Origin: Octopus bimaculoides
Lineage: Eukaryota
Length of the DNA stretch: 64,000 bases
Direction of reading: 5' to 3'
NCBI RefSeq assembly: GCF_001194135.2
Contig: NC_068985.1
Span: 43,080,293-43,144,292 of the forward strand
How positions within the stretch are numbered: the first letter of the stretch is position 1; each line of letters opens with the position of its first letter. Below, piece by piece: positions 36,305-49,537 of the stretch. Under the pieces are notes generated by a model that was given only the letters and a program-made list of their open reading frames with translations, searched no databases and was not told where the DNA came from. The position numbers and the translations under genes were made by a program.

Positions 36305-37195
36305 TAGAGGAAGGGGTTATGTCAATTACATCAACCCCAGTGGCCAACTTATTTGTTATTGACCCCAAAAGGATGAAAGGCAAAGTTGATCTTGATGTAA
36401 TAAGAATTCAGAATGTAAAGATGGATGAAATGTTGCTAAGCATTTTGCCCAATGTGCTAATGATTCTGCCAGCTTGCCATCCTATATTAAACTACAAATA
36501 ATCCTTTCTATTATAGGCACAAGGCCTGAAATTTGGGTTGGGGGTGGAACTAGTTGATTACATCGTCTTCAGTGCTTCACTGGTACTTAATTTATCAACC
36601 TTGAAAGGATGAAAGGCAAAGTCAACCTCAGCAGAACTCAGAACATAGAGGCAGATGAAATGCCGCTAAGCATTTTGCCCAGCATGCTAACAATTCTGCC
36701 AGCTTGCTGCCTATAAATAATGGTTTCAAATTTTGATGATACATGACCAGTAATTTTAAGGGTAAGGAGGTAAGGAGTGAATCAGTGATCTCATCCTCAG
36801 TGGTCAACTAGCACTTATTTTATCAACTCCAAAAGGATGAACAGCAAAGTCAACCTCAGTGTAATAGGAATTCAGAATGTAAAGCTGGGCTGCGAGCTGG
36901 CAGAATCGTTAGCACGCTAGGCAAAATGCTTAGCAGTATTTCGTCTGCCGTTACATTCTGAGTTCAAATTCCGCCGAGGTCGACTTTGCCTTTCATCCTT
37001 TCGGGGTCGATAAATTAAGTACCAGTTACGCACTGGGGTCGATGTAATCGACTTAATCCCTTTGTCTATCCTTGTTTGTCCCCTCTATGTTTAGCCCCTT
37101 GTGGGCAATAAAGAAATAAGAATGTAAAGCTGGACAAAATGCTGCTAAGCATTACACCCAATGTGCCAACAATTCTGCCAACTTTCCACCATAGA
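36305..37195 (-). mobile_element. Three head-to-tail older SINE A copies (the third split by a younger copy)
   Basis: Repeated aaggatgaaaggcaaagtcaacctc...gctaagcattttgccc...attctgccagct. Confidence 0.85.
36889..37118 (+). mobile_element. Young full-length SINE A
   Basis: A box agctggcagaa, B box gagttcaaattcc, 15-bp TSD agaatgtaaagctgg (36874-36888 and 37119-37133). Confidence 0.92.
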
Positions 37196-37267
37196 TTAAG
37201 CTATAAATAATAGCAAGTAAATATTGAGTTAAGAAAAAAAAGCCTTTGGGTACAAAAAAAATTGAAA

Positions 37268-37337
37268 GTTGCCTGTGGGACTTGAACTTACATCTTTTGT
37301 AAACATGACAGACATTCTACCACTGGACCAAAGCAAT
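37268..37337 (-). pseudogene. Degenerate tRNA-like sequence (pseudo-tRNA or isolated SINE head)
   Basis: Minus strand TTGCTTTGGTCCAGTGGTAGAA...AGTTCAAGTCCCACAGGCAAC: A and B boxes plus partial acceptor stem; anticodon loop non-canonical. Confidence 0.45.
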
Positions 37338-37674
37338 TCTTCAAATTTCTCAATTTTTGTTTTGTTTGTTGCAGAACTCTTTCTTTCATTGAACCAGTGA
37401 TAAATAAGCTACTACATTGTTGTTCAACTTGTAGATACAGCAGCCAAATCCCTCAAACTGCCCCCTACAGTCCATCTGCCAAATTACCCTTAAACCACAC
37501 CTTACACACATGTTGGATATAGCAGCCGAATCACCCTGAAGCTATGACCTGATATAAACCCTGGACTTCTACAATATTAAGGGAACTACAAAAGAATATT
37601 TTCACTATTACTAGAAAATGAATACCATATGTTTAAATAGTATTATGATTAGAGATGGAACAGAAACAGCATGT

Positions 37675-37718
<44 letters not shown>

Positions 37719-38807
37719 ACAGTAGCAGCAGCAGCAGCAGCAGCAGCCTCTGTACACACACATCACACATACTCATGCATGCATGCATACACACACATCA
37801 CACATACTCATGCATGCGTACATCATACACACACACTGCATCATACCATACCACATACACACACATACCTACAATTTTCATAGTAGAACATATTTTCGTC
37901 TTCCTGTTTTTCTTTCAGCATCTAAAATAAATGTTATGCATGTTCAGCCACAAGATCGTTAAGGAATATATTAAATATAAATCAGATTTAAAATGGAGTA
38001 AATTTTACTCGACTTAATTGTTTTTGGCGTAGAGTTATAATATTCCATGGCAGAATGGTTGCTTCAAGAAAGGACATCCAAGTGTAGAAGCTAAAAATAG
38101 GACATCCTGCTCCAAGAACTACTTACATCAACATTATCTAAATTCTCAATGAATTCAACTTATGTCTGGAAAAGAAAACAGATGTGAAGTGCAACTGAAA
38201 AATATTAAATAAAATGACAACTATGATGATGATGATGATGATGATTAGGAGAAAGAAGCAGAGAGATAGGCTGCGGCTGCTGGTGGCGGTGGGGAGAGTG
38301 ACTAATCAAAAAAAATATATATTATGCTTAAAAGATTATGTCAAATGATTACATTGCTTGCTTAGTTTCCCATTGAAAAACATGGACTCTAATTTACATT
38401 ATGTATATGTTCAGTCTCACCCCACCCCTCCAGTTGTAGATATGAAAGCATTGATAAAATCAACCATCTTACAATTTATATTGTTCTCTTATATATGGTG
38501 ATTGCATATCTTTGCTACAATGGAATGATCTCTAGTAATGAGATTTATTGAAAAGAAAACAAAAAAAAATGTTATGAAGGCAGTGATAATACATTGCATT
38601 AATTGCCATGTTACTTCAATGGAATCACCAAAGGTCAACCTAGATAATAGATGCGACTTCTGTCCTGCATATTTCATTAGTGGAATAAGTTGATTTCATC
38701 TTATATGGCAAAGTTAACTCTTGCAGTTAGTGCATGGATGTTTTGGTGAACTAAAAAGGAACATTAATTTGTCATTCTTATATATTGGTGGAGTAATTTT
38801 TGACTGT

Positions 38808-39269
38808 TTAACCCTTTAGTATTCTGATTACTTTTTCAAATATGATACTTGTTTAGTACATTGTTTTGAAAAGGCAGCGAGCTGGCAGAAACGTTAGCAC
38901 ACTGGGCGAAATGCTAAGCAATATTTCATCTGTCTTTACGTTCTGAGTTTAAATTTCGCTGAGGTTGACTTTGCCTTTCATCCTTTTGGGGGGGTCAATA
39001 AATTAAGTACCAGTTGCATACTGGGGTCAATCTAATCGACTGACTCCCTCCTCCCCAAATTTTGGGCCATGTGCCTAGAGTAGAAAAGAATTATATTGTT
39101 TTGAATTAATCATGCATTATCTCACAACTTTGAGATTTCACTGATGTGATTGTTTAGTTTTAGAATGACATTGTAGGATTGAGGTGAGAAGCTGGATCTG
39201 GCCAGTTTCAACATATAACAGGTTAAATATTTTGACTGAATATGGCCAGTTTGAATGCTAAAGGGTTAA
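38808..39269. mobile_element. piggyBac-type MITE containing a SINE A insertion (38871-39094)
   Basis: TTAA-ccctttagtatt...aatgctaaaggg-TTAA; SINE flanked by 11-bp TSD attgttttgaa (38860-38870 and 39095-39105). Confidence 0.88.
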
Positions 39270-39271
39270 AC

Positions 39272-39523
39272 CAGTGGTTCTCAACCATTTTTTGCCTATG
39301 GACCCCTTTGATTCCTATTTTATTTGGTTGGAACCACATAAGTATTTAATGTTTAAAAAAGCCTGTTATATTTTTATGATTAAATATTATTAAGAACGGC
39401 ATTACAAAAGTTGTTAAAATATTCTGTTTATTATAGGACAACCAATTTATTTCACATAAATTTTTACAACAAAATATTATATGGACCTTCAAGGGCCACA
39501 CAGACCCTAGTTGAGATTCACTG
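39272..39523. mobile_element. hAT (Charlie-like) MITE
   Basis: TIR cagtggttctcaac / gttgagattcactg; 8-bp flanks ggttaaac / gtttaaac. Confidence 0.8.
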
Positions 39524-39724
39524 GTTTAAACACATGCTTTGTTATATTCCCCTCCTTTATTTATTTTTTTTGCTTTGTTTTGTTTATTTGTTTCTATTCC
39601 ATAAGTTATGACTCCATCAAACTTGGAGTTTTATAAACCTGCATCTTATCTCTAAATTCAGTTATATTCAGAAAATAATATAGAAACAATGTCTAAATTG
39701 CATGATAGTTTATTGCAGGTGATA

Positions 39725-39945
39725 TTGGCACCATCACCAGTGGTGAAGGTACCATGTAAAAAGCACTCAGTACGCTCTCTGGTTGGTGTTATGAAGAGCA
39801 TCCAGCCATAGAAACCAAACTGAAACAGACAATGGAATCTGGTATGGCCACTAGCCTTGCTAGTTCCTATCAAGCTATCCAACTCATGACAGCATGGAAA
39901 ACAGATGTTAAATGTTATTGGCGATGACGATGATGATGATGATTC
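39725..39945 (+). mobile_element. RTE-LINE 3' tail copy
   Basis: catgtaaaaagcactc...gagcatccagcc...cagcatggaaaacagatgttaa...(gat)n. Confidence 0.75.
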
Positions 39946-41367
39946 CTTGGAGATTTGATACTTATTGTGCCTAGAGTAGAAAAGAATATTTATAATTGGT
40001 ATCACAATTCACTCCCAATATATATAATTGGTGCCATAGCTCATTATATAACAACTGGTGTCTCCTAATGTATAAACTCAAATTATTGATTAGATAATAT
40101 AAAATCAATGACTTATTTAATTACCTCTACTCCACAATAAATTACATTTTTGTTTTGAGCAACAATGGAACTTCTACCAAGTCAATCAATATAATAAAAA
40201 CAACCAAACTTCTCTCATAACACACCCTATTATGCAACACACCTTATCTTTAAAATATATTTTGAAAAAGTAGATAATATTGGCATGGCTGGAATGCATT
40301 TGATCATGGGTTTATCTCTTCATGTTTAACCTGAATCTAAACAAAATGTGAATTCAATTCTTAGGATAACTGGGTCAAATAAATACCAGAAATGTTTGTT
40401 TTGGATTCTTGAAATTTACTAGTTGAATGGGGAAATAGTGAACATTGGAGACAGTTTAGGGTGGGGCACATAATATAAAACCCATGTAATTTGTGCACCT
40501 GTGTAATTTACACAGGCGATTTTCAGGATAAATTTTTATCAAAAAAAAGCTTCTACTCATGTAAAATTTGCACCCAAAAGTTTTCAAAACTGCCAACATG
40601 GCCAGGGGAAAAGGTCTTCAATTTAGTTGTATTTAGCATAATTTCACTTACTTATAATTAGATTTTATTAAATTTTCATGAAATAAAGATAACTTCTGTT
40701 TAAAAGCTATTAAATTACGATGTGTTTGTGTTGTTTATAATATGTCCTGGACCGTGATTACTAGCATGAACATCAAACTTCGAAAAGTAGTTAACCATTT
40801 AATGGTTTTAGTAAATTTATACAGAAAAAGTAAACATTATAGTGTCCAGCATAAATAAAAGTCAATTTCATTATATTTAAGCCCTTGTTTTTTCTGTAAA
40901 AACCTATTCTGACACTAAATGAGTCAACTTCCAGTACAAATGTTTACGTTTTGTACATCTTGTTTCAACAAAGAAATTTCCCCAAAAAATTCTGAAAACT
41001 ATCTACTCCTGTAACTTACAAAGTTTATTTTAATTTTTGCATAAAAAAAAAAATGCATAAATTAAATGGGTTTTTATGGTAGCTGCAATAATAGAAGGGA
41101 GGAGTATTGTTGTTGTATAGCCCCAAATCAACCTTTGTTACGTGAACATATGATCAAGAGCACTCCACCCATGATCTCACCATCCTTTCCTTGGGCAAAT
41201 GAGTTGATAAGACTACATTATTCTATGTGTCCTTGCCTTTTCAATGGGGTGGTGTGTAATTTGAGAGAGATTTTGCTGCTATCTCTTGCAGATTCACCAG
41301 TCACAAAAAGTTCCCTCTCAGTGAAAGAAAGGTTGGTGTATGAAGTGTGAATTTAGTGTAGAAAACA

Positions 41368-42259
41368 TACGATGTGATATCAAAAAGTTCCTGGAGTAAT
41401 ATTTAATAAAAAATAACTTATTTACCTAAGTTTTAACATCATCTCCTTCAAAATAGTCACCTTGCACAGCAATATACCAGTCCCAGCAATTCTTCCACTT
41501 TTGAAGTCATTCGCCGTAAGCGAGTTGACGATCTTCTGTGATTTGCTCTTGATCTCATGTTAAAACGGCAACTTTTGAGCTGCACTTTCATCTTGGGGAA
41601 GAGATGCAAGTCTGCAGGTGCTAAATCTGGTGAATAGGGTATGTGAGGGAAGCAACACCATGTTGCTTTTGGCAAGAAACTCACAAGTAAGGAGAGCTTG
41701 GTAACAGGGTGCATTGTCGTCATGAAGAATCCAGTTCTTCATAGACGCTAGGATTGCCTGCATGGACACATATGACAGACCAACAACATCAATAATGACA
41801 TTGTCCTTTTATGATCCTCACGCACAAGCTGATGAATTTTCTCTGCATTTCTAGGGGTTATGCTCATGGCAGGTCTTCCTGATGGCTCATCACCTTCCAG
41901 GGATATTCTGCTTTTGAAGTACCCATGCCACTTGAAACATTACATATAACCCATTACCTCATTTCTGTAAGCTTGCTGAACTATGCTCAATGTCTCTGTA
42001 GCAGACTTCCCAAGTTCAATGCAAAATTTCACATTTGCTCTTTGTTCCAACTTACTATCCATGACAAAGATCGCAGACTACAGCATACATGTGATCACAA
42101 AAACACAAATATCACAACTTGCAAAGTAAACACAGTAATGTCACTTGACACACTACCTCTTGAAGGTCACTGCTAGCTCTCACTGCACACACAACCATGT
42201 GCTGCCATCTGTTGGTGTGCTACAGAACTAGTCCAGGAACTTTTTGATACCATCTCATA
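41368..42259 (-). mobile_element. Internally deleted mariner (DD34D) transposon
   Basis: TA flanks; TIRs gatatcaaaaagttcctgga / tccaggaactttttgatacc; transposase remnants WILHDDNAP and PYSPDLAPADLHLFPKMK. Confidence 0.9.
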
Positions 42260-43224
42260 GAAGCAATGGGGCCAATATAAAAGAGCAGAGGAAGGGAGGG
42301 AGAGAGATTATACAGGGTAATCTAGTTTAATGCAGACATAATATTGCAAACAGTTTGATAGAATAAAATATTTGATAAAATCTGGAATCTTCCAAATTAT
42401 AGATTTCAAAGTAAATCTCCTTAAAAACTCCAAATTTTTTTCTTTTTATTGGAAAATACCATAATTTCTATTAAGTTAGCTTCTCAATGCTATGATTTTG
42501 TAGAACACCAACTAGTTAGTTCTACTTGTTAGGAATTGCCAGATAAAATTGGTTCAGTGGTGAAAGGCATATTATTATTTTTTTTTTTTTCTTTCTTGTT
42601 GTGACTATTGAAACTCAAATTCTTCAGTACTGAAATAACCTGTCTTTGGTAAAACAGCATCTGTAGATCTGTAGCAATGAAATCATGAAGTAAAGGAGAT
42701 TATCTGTATTGATTATTTAGTGGAAATAAAAATTCCTAAATATCCAATCTAATTTCAATCCCATTTTAATTTCACAGATCACTGCTATTTCATCACAATA
42801 AACGTAACAGTCTCCAGCTATGATCACTATTCATGTAGAAACTGGAATTTCCTTAGAGTCTACATATAAACATATTATAGCAATATTCCAGCAACTTCCT
42901 TCTTTTCTATGTAGAGATTGCTTATTAATTGTTTCTGTGATTATGGCATGAAATTTTGATGCAATGAATAAATTTGTCACACCAATCAGTCATTGCATGA
43001 ATGATTTAACTGCCTGTCAAAACTGAATTCTAATATGCAGCACCACTACCAACACTATTTCCTTGGTTCCTTTTTCCACCGTTATCAGTAACTTTACAGA
43101 ATTACAGAAAAAATACAAAAAAATAATCATAAGCACTACCCCATCCTCGGTGACTAAACAGTAACCAAAATACAAAAATAAAATTCTTAATTTACATGTT
43201 CCCTATGTGTATTAATGGTTTCAT

Positions 43225-44150
43225 TAATATAAACACAGGCATGTTGTAGAATCAGAAGCTTGCTTTGCAGTCACATGATTTTGGGTTCAGTCTCACTATG
43301 TGACACCCAAATTGAGCAATGCATTGTGATGTAAATTTGTAGACAGTAACTGTGTGGAAGCCTGTTGTATGTATTTGGGTGTGTGTTTATGTACATGTCT
43401 TTGTGTCTGTATTCATCATCCACCTCCTATCACTGCTTGATAACCTGTGTTTGTTTGTTTATGTTCCTGTAACTTAGTAGCTCAGCAAAAGAGCCCAACA
43501 GAATAATTAGTGGATTTCAAAAAAAAAAAAAATGCAAGTACTTGGGTTGAGTTGCTCAACTAAATGCCTTGAAAGCATGTGGTTTCAGGTTCAGTCCCAT
43601 AGTGCAGCACCTTAGGAAAGTATTTTCTACTACAGCTCTGGCCAACCAAAGCCTTGTTAATGAATTTGATAGGTGGAATCGGAAAAGAAGTTCCTTGTGC
43701 ATGAGTGTGTGTATGTGTGTATGGCTTGCAATAATACACCCCACCACACACACACAAACATACACATACACAGATAAGGAAGTGTGTGGCTTAGTGATTA
43801 GGGTATTGCACTCAAGATTGTGAGATTGTGGTTTCAATTCCTGGACTGGGAGAAACGTTGTGTGTGTGGGGGGTGGGGCGCACGCATGTGCATATGTGTA
43901 TGTGTATTTTGTCTCCTTGATTTGACATTGCACACTGTGAACAAATATCACTATTATACAAACAGTGCTGTTTGTTGGCAATCTCCTGTGAAAACATGAC
44001 TGGACAAGAGGAAAATATTACATTGCTTGGAAACAGGTGGGGTTTAGTGACAGAAGGAGCATCCAGCCATAGAAAACCTGTCTTAATGAATCTTGTCTGA
44101 CCCTGTAAGCATAGATAAGCAGAAATTAAAACAACGACGAGGATGATAAC
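43225..44150 (+). mobile_element. Cluster of three same-strand SINEs (two CORE-like, one near full-length SINE E with tRNA head)
   Basis: Heads/B boxes at ~43225-43290, ~43580 and ~43775 (gtggcttagtgattagggt...gtttcaattcc). Confidence 0.75.
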
Positions 44151-44529
44151 AATCTTGTTTCAAGAACACTTTCATGGATCCTGTTCATAGAAATTGTTCC
44201 AAAGACTGAACTGTGATATGGATGAAAATATATATTTATAACCAAAATTACTCAAAATGCAAGAAATTAAAAAAGCACGACATAATAATGGTTTCTAATA
44301 TATTTCTAAGGTCATGCATTTTAGTAGAGAGTCAATTAGACCAATCCCAGTATGATACATGTATATATTTTACCATCTCAGAAAGGGTGAAAGAGATTAA
44401 GTCAGCCATAGCATTATGTAAAATGATATGATTTAATACCACAAGACATTTTGTCCACTGTTGCACTAATTCTGCCAAACCAATATCCTGTAATAATACA
44501 TAAAATGATATATTTTAATATTGATATGA

Positions 44530-45195
44530 AATTTATGTTAAGAGGCATCAGATGTGATGTGCAAGAGAGACGACTGCATTGGTATAGTCATGTGATGTGT
44601 ATAGCTGTGGACAGCTGTGTGAAGAAGTGCTAATCTCTACCAGTGCAAGGAAGCTATGAAAGAGGAAGACCCAGGGAGACATGGGACGAGGTGGTGAAGC
44701 ATGATCTTTGAACATTGGGCCTCAAGGAGACAATGAATAGTGACCAAGACCTTTGGTGATATGCCATGCTTGAGAAGACCCATCAAATCAAACCATAGTT
44801 GGGTCTCATGGAAGCAGTGTGGCCAATGTCAGTGTCTCATAACTAGCACCTGTGCTAGTGGCACATAAAAAGCACCTCTCAAGCACTGGGCCTCACAGGG
44901 GCAATGACAAGTGACTGATACCTTTGGCAATATGCTATGCTTGAGCACCCATCAAGCTGAATGAAATTGTTGTCATGGAATATACTGGTGTCACACAACT
45001 GACACTCATGCCGGTGGCACGTAAAAGCACCCATTACACTCTCAGAGTGGTTGGAGTTAGGAAGGGCATCCAACCATAGAAACTATGCCAAATCAGATTG
45101 GAGTCTGATGCAGCCCCTCAGCTTACCAGCCCTAATCAAACCATCCAACCCATACCAGCATGGACAATGGATGTTAAATGATGATGATGATGATG
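44530..45195 (+). mobile_element. RTE LINE 3' end (C-terminal ORF remnant, 3' UTR and (GAT)n tail)
   Basis: RGIRCDVQERRLHWYSHVM..DSCVKKC..RGRPRETWDEVVKHDL; ends gttaaatgatgatgatgatgatg. Confidence 0.88.
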
Positions 45196-45264
45196 GAGAA
45201 GTTTGCTTCCCAACTTCAATGGTTCCGGGTCCAGACCCACTGTGTGACATCTTGGATAACAATG

Positions 45265-45400
45265 GGCTTCTTTCAGTTTCCATCTACCACAAGGCTTTGG
45301 TTGGCCTGAGGCTATGGTAAAAGACACTTGCCCAATGTACCATGCAGTGAAATTAAACCTGGAACCATGTGGTTGGGAAGCAAGCTTCTTACCACACAGT
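45265..45400 (-). mobile_element. CORE-like SINE
   Basis: gggcttctttcagtttccatctacc...gacacttgccc...aagcaagcttcttaccacacagtc. Confidence 0.75.
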
Positions 45401-46108
45401 CATATATATATACAATACCCCTACATATCTCACGTCTGTTTTCATTCCTCCACTTCACTCTGTATTTCATATCTTCTCTATAATAACTATTACTTAAACA
45501 TTTTTTTTGGCGCCATCTCTGATGAAGGGATAAATAAAATATCCCGGAAACAGCTGTAAGACCTTCTCTTTATAAATGTTCTGAAAACTATTCACAGCCT
45601 TGGATTTTTTATCTCATTCTGTTAATTTTTATATATATGCATGCTAATACACAACCTACGTTGGACTCCTCATTCATATCATTATCAAACCTGAAGCTTA
45701 ACTATAGTCTGTCCATAGCACTTACTCAACATTACCTGACACCTTTGGGTCTTCTTGACACCAATACCATACCTCTCATACCCTCTTTGTGTGTGTGTGT
45801 GTGTGTTTGTGTTAGTTCACAACCACCACTTGGCAACCAGTGTTGGTTTCTTCCCATTCCCATAACTTAGTGATTTAGCATAGGAGACTGATCAAATAAG
45901 TACTATGTTTAACAAACTAAGTACTGCAGTCGATTCATTTGACTAAAACACTTCAAGGTGGTGCCCCAGCATGATTGAAACAAGTGAAAAATAAAAGACA
46001 AAAAATATTTTGGAAAATGGTAATATGGCTAAAATAAGAGAACACAGCATACATTTGATGAAAATAGACAAATGGAAATATTCTTCTCCAGAACTGAAGT
46101 TAACATGT

Positions 46109-46317
46109 TTAATCCTTTAGCATTTAAACCAGCCATCTCTGACCCCAAATTTTCAACGTGTTTTATGTTCAAACTGATCAGATCTTGTCTCTCACACTCA
46201 ACAATGACTAACAATGTCATTGTAAAAATCACATCATTGAAATCCACGTTTAATTCAAATCAATGTGAATAAATAAGCATTGCATTTGACAGGGTAATCT
46301 GAATGCTATAGGGTTAA
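46109..46317. mobile_element. piggyBac-type MITE (reverse orientation relative to 31435)
   Basis: TTAA-tcctttagcatt ... aatgctataggg-TTAA. Confidence 0.8.
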
Positions 46318-46604
46318 AGTACTTTGTTATAAAAACTGTTATATATTTCCTTAGATCTTGAATGCAATATCCTAACCACTAAGCCATACACCTCCACATG
46401 TGTGTGTGTGTGTGATGGACTCTCCCTTTGAAGACAATGTATGAGTGTTCAGTTTTTGCTGAACAACCCGTACAAATGATTTGTTTATAGTGATCAAATG
46501 TATGTGCCATACATTAACTCATTCCCTTCATTAAATCGACATTGCTTGGACAGATGCACAGTGTACCACAAGTCAGGTGTTGAAGTGATTGTAGAGCAAT
46601 GTAT

Positions 46605-47760
46605 ATCATCATCATCATCATCATCATCGTTTAACGTCCGCTTTCCATGCTAGCATGGGTTGGACGATTTGACTGAGGACTGGTGAAACTGGATGGCAAC
46701 ACCAGGCTCCAATCTAAATTTGGCAGAGTTTCTACAGCTGGATGCCCTTCCTAACGCCAACCACTCAGAGAGTGTAGTAGGTGCTTTTACGTGTCATCCG
46801 CACGAAGGCCAGTCAGGCGATACTGGCAACGGCCACGCTCGAAATGGTGTCTTTTATGTGCCACCCGCACAAGCCAGNNNNNNNNNNNNNNNNNNNNNNN
46901 NNNNNNNNNNNNNNNNNNNNNNNNNNNNNNNNNNNNNNNNNNNNNNNNNNNNNNNNNNNNNNNNNNNNNNNNNNNNNNNNNNNNNNNNNNNNNNNNNNNN
47001 NNNNNNNNNNNNNNNNNNNNNNNNNNNNNNNNNNNNNNNNNNNNNNNNNNNNNNNNNNNNNNNNNNNNNNNNNNNNNNNNNNNNNNNNNNNNNNNNNNNN
47101 NNNNNNNNNNNNNNNNNNNNNNNNNNNNNNNNNNNNNNNNNNNNNNNNNNNNNNNNNNNNNNNNNNNNNNNNNNNNNNNNNNNNNNNNNNNNNNNNNNNN
47201 NNNNNNNNNNNNNNNNNNNNNNNNNNNNNNNNNNNNNNNNNNNNNNNNNNNNNNNNNNNNNNNNNNNNNNNNNNNNNNNNNNNNNNNNNNNNNNNNNNNN
47301 NNNNNNNNNNNNNNNNNNNNNNNNNNNNNNNNNNNNNNNNNNNNNNNNNNNNNNNNNNNNNNNNNNNNNNNNNNNNNNNNNNNNNNNNNNNNNAGGGTGT
47401 GGCACTTTTTCACGCAGCTATCCTCATCCATTCTCACCACATGTCCATACCAGCGCAATCATCTCTCTTGCACACCACAACTGATGCTTCTGATGTTCAG
47501 CTTTTCTCTCAAGATACTTACACTCTGACGGGTATTCACATTGACATTACACATCCAACGGAGCATACTGGCTTCATTCCTTGTGAGCTTACGCATGTCC
47601 TCAGCAGTTACAGCCTATGTTTCACTGCCATGTAGCATGGCTGTTCGTACACATGCGTCATACAGTCTGCCTTTTACTCTGAGTGAGAGTCCCTTTGTTG
47701 CCAGCAGAGGTAAGAGCTCTCTAAACTTGGCCCAGGCTATTCTTATTCTAGCAGAATAGC
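46605..47760 (-). mobile_element. Young RTE LINE 3' portion spanning an assembly gap (N 46878-47393)
   Basis: Minus strand ARIRIAWAKFRELLPLLATKGLSLRVKGRLYDACVRTAMLHGSET..RWYGHVVRMDEDSCVKKC, with a CpG-rich intact tail ending in (GAT)n. Confidence 0.9.
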
Positions 47761-48084
47761 CTGGGCAAAGTTTAGAGAGATATATATATATATATATATA
47801 TGTCTGTCACTCCTAGAAAGGACCTGAGGTTAGCAGTCTCACTTGACTGTTACTTACTTTCAGGTGTTTTTACGCCTAAAAACTGCAACCAACCCACGAA
47901 GTAACAACGCATATACCTTGTGTATGTATGTTCGATTTTGTTTATATATATGTATACATATTGTTAAGGCATGAACTGCGTTTGATCCTCTGGCCAATAA
48001 CTAATGGGGATTTGGTGACCTTCTGTGTCTGTTTCCTGTTTGTTTGTGCATTTATTATATTTTCAACTTATGATACACACACAC

Positions 48085-48495
48085 ACAACAGGCTTTTTTC
48101 AGTTTCTTATTTCTTTATTGCCCACTAGGGGCTAAACATAGAGGGGACAAACAAGGACAGACAAAGGGATTAAGTCGATTACATCAACCCCAGTGCGTAA
48201 CTGGTACTTAATTTATCGATCCCGAAGGGATGAAAGGCAATGTCGACCTCAGCAGAATTTGAACTCGAACGTAACGGCAGACGAAATACCACTAAGCATT
48301 TCGCCCGGCATGTTAACGTTTGTCAGCTCGCCTCCTTGCTTTTTTCAGTTTCTATCTACCAAATCCACTCACAAGGCTTTAGTCAGCCTGTAACTATGGT
48401 AGAAAACACTTGCCCAAAGTACCACAGAGTACAACAGAACTCAGAACCATGTGATTGGGAAGTAAACTTCTTAACACACAGCCATGCTTGTGCCT
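48085..48495 (-). mobile_element. CORE-like SINE interrupted by SINE A
   Basis: The two halves join across the 16-bp duplicated gcttttttcagtttct. Confidence 0.8.
48108..48337 (-). mobile_element. Full-length SINE A
   Basis: Reverse complement of the 36889 copy; TSD at 48092-48107 and 48338-48353. Confidence 0.9.
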
Positions 48496-49129
48496 AAAAG
48501 AGATATAAGAAACAAATTGAATGATGTAAGAGAGAATGTTCTCCTTACTTAGGAAATATTAAACCTAGTAAATCAAAGAAACTAAGAATGGATGAACAAA
48601 ATATGAAACATTCTACAACTGAATGCTAAACAATATACAAAGGAAATGCTTGCTAAATTAAAAAGTTATAGGATAAAGGACAGATAGGAAAAGGAAGCAA
48701 TTGCATATGTAATAATGATGGGAAATATTTGATGAAAATTAAATAATCAAAAAATGAACAAACTATGTGATGAACTTTCAAATGGTAAAGAAGAGAAAAT
48801 GTAACAATGAACATTGAGAAGTCAATGAAAGAGCTGAAATTAAGGAAGGCAGGATATGGTGGAATCAGCATTTTCAACAAATGTAATTTACCAATGATAT
48901 GTATAAATACCTCTTCCAGCTAAAATAAATGTGAATTTTGAACCATGAAGAATTAGAAAATGATTTTTCAAAGGTAGAAAATGTGAGTATTATCAAACAG
49001 ATTAAGGAATCTCAGAGAGACTTTATTATTCATATGACATAAGAAAGAATCTTAAGTTGTGCGTGTGTGTGAGCATATGTGTATACACATGAATGCATGT
49101 GTATGTGTGTATATAAATAAATATAAATA

Positions 49130-49213
<84 letters not shown>

Positions 49214-49454
49214 TAAAATGATATATAATATGTGTGTGTGTAAAATATGTAAAGGTAAGATTCAAGGATCAAGGTGTAGGAAGTTAGTAAGCTTCAAGTA
49301 GTCTGTAGAAGGTATAAAAAAACTTTCAGGAACAATAGGGGTTTATTGACATAGAAGGTTGTAAATTTTTCACATTATAAAAGTTTGATTAGCTGAAAAA
49401 AGTTGTTTTATAGTTCATGGTTAGCAGCTGGGATTGTAGTGTATGCAAATAAAA

Positions 49455-49499
49455 ATCCAAATTTAGGGAATAGATCTACATCATTCCCTAAATTTGGAT
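49455..49499. repeat. Perfect 17-bp inverted repeat with 11-nt loop
   Basis: atccaaatttagggaat-agatctacatc-attccctaaatttggat. Confidence 0.95.
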
Positions 49500-49537
49500 A
49501 TATATATATATATATATATATGCATGTATATACATAT

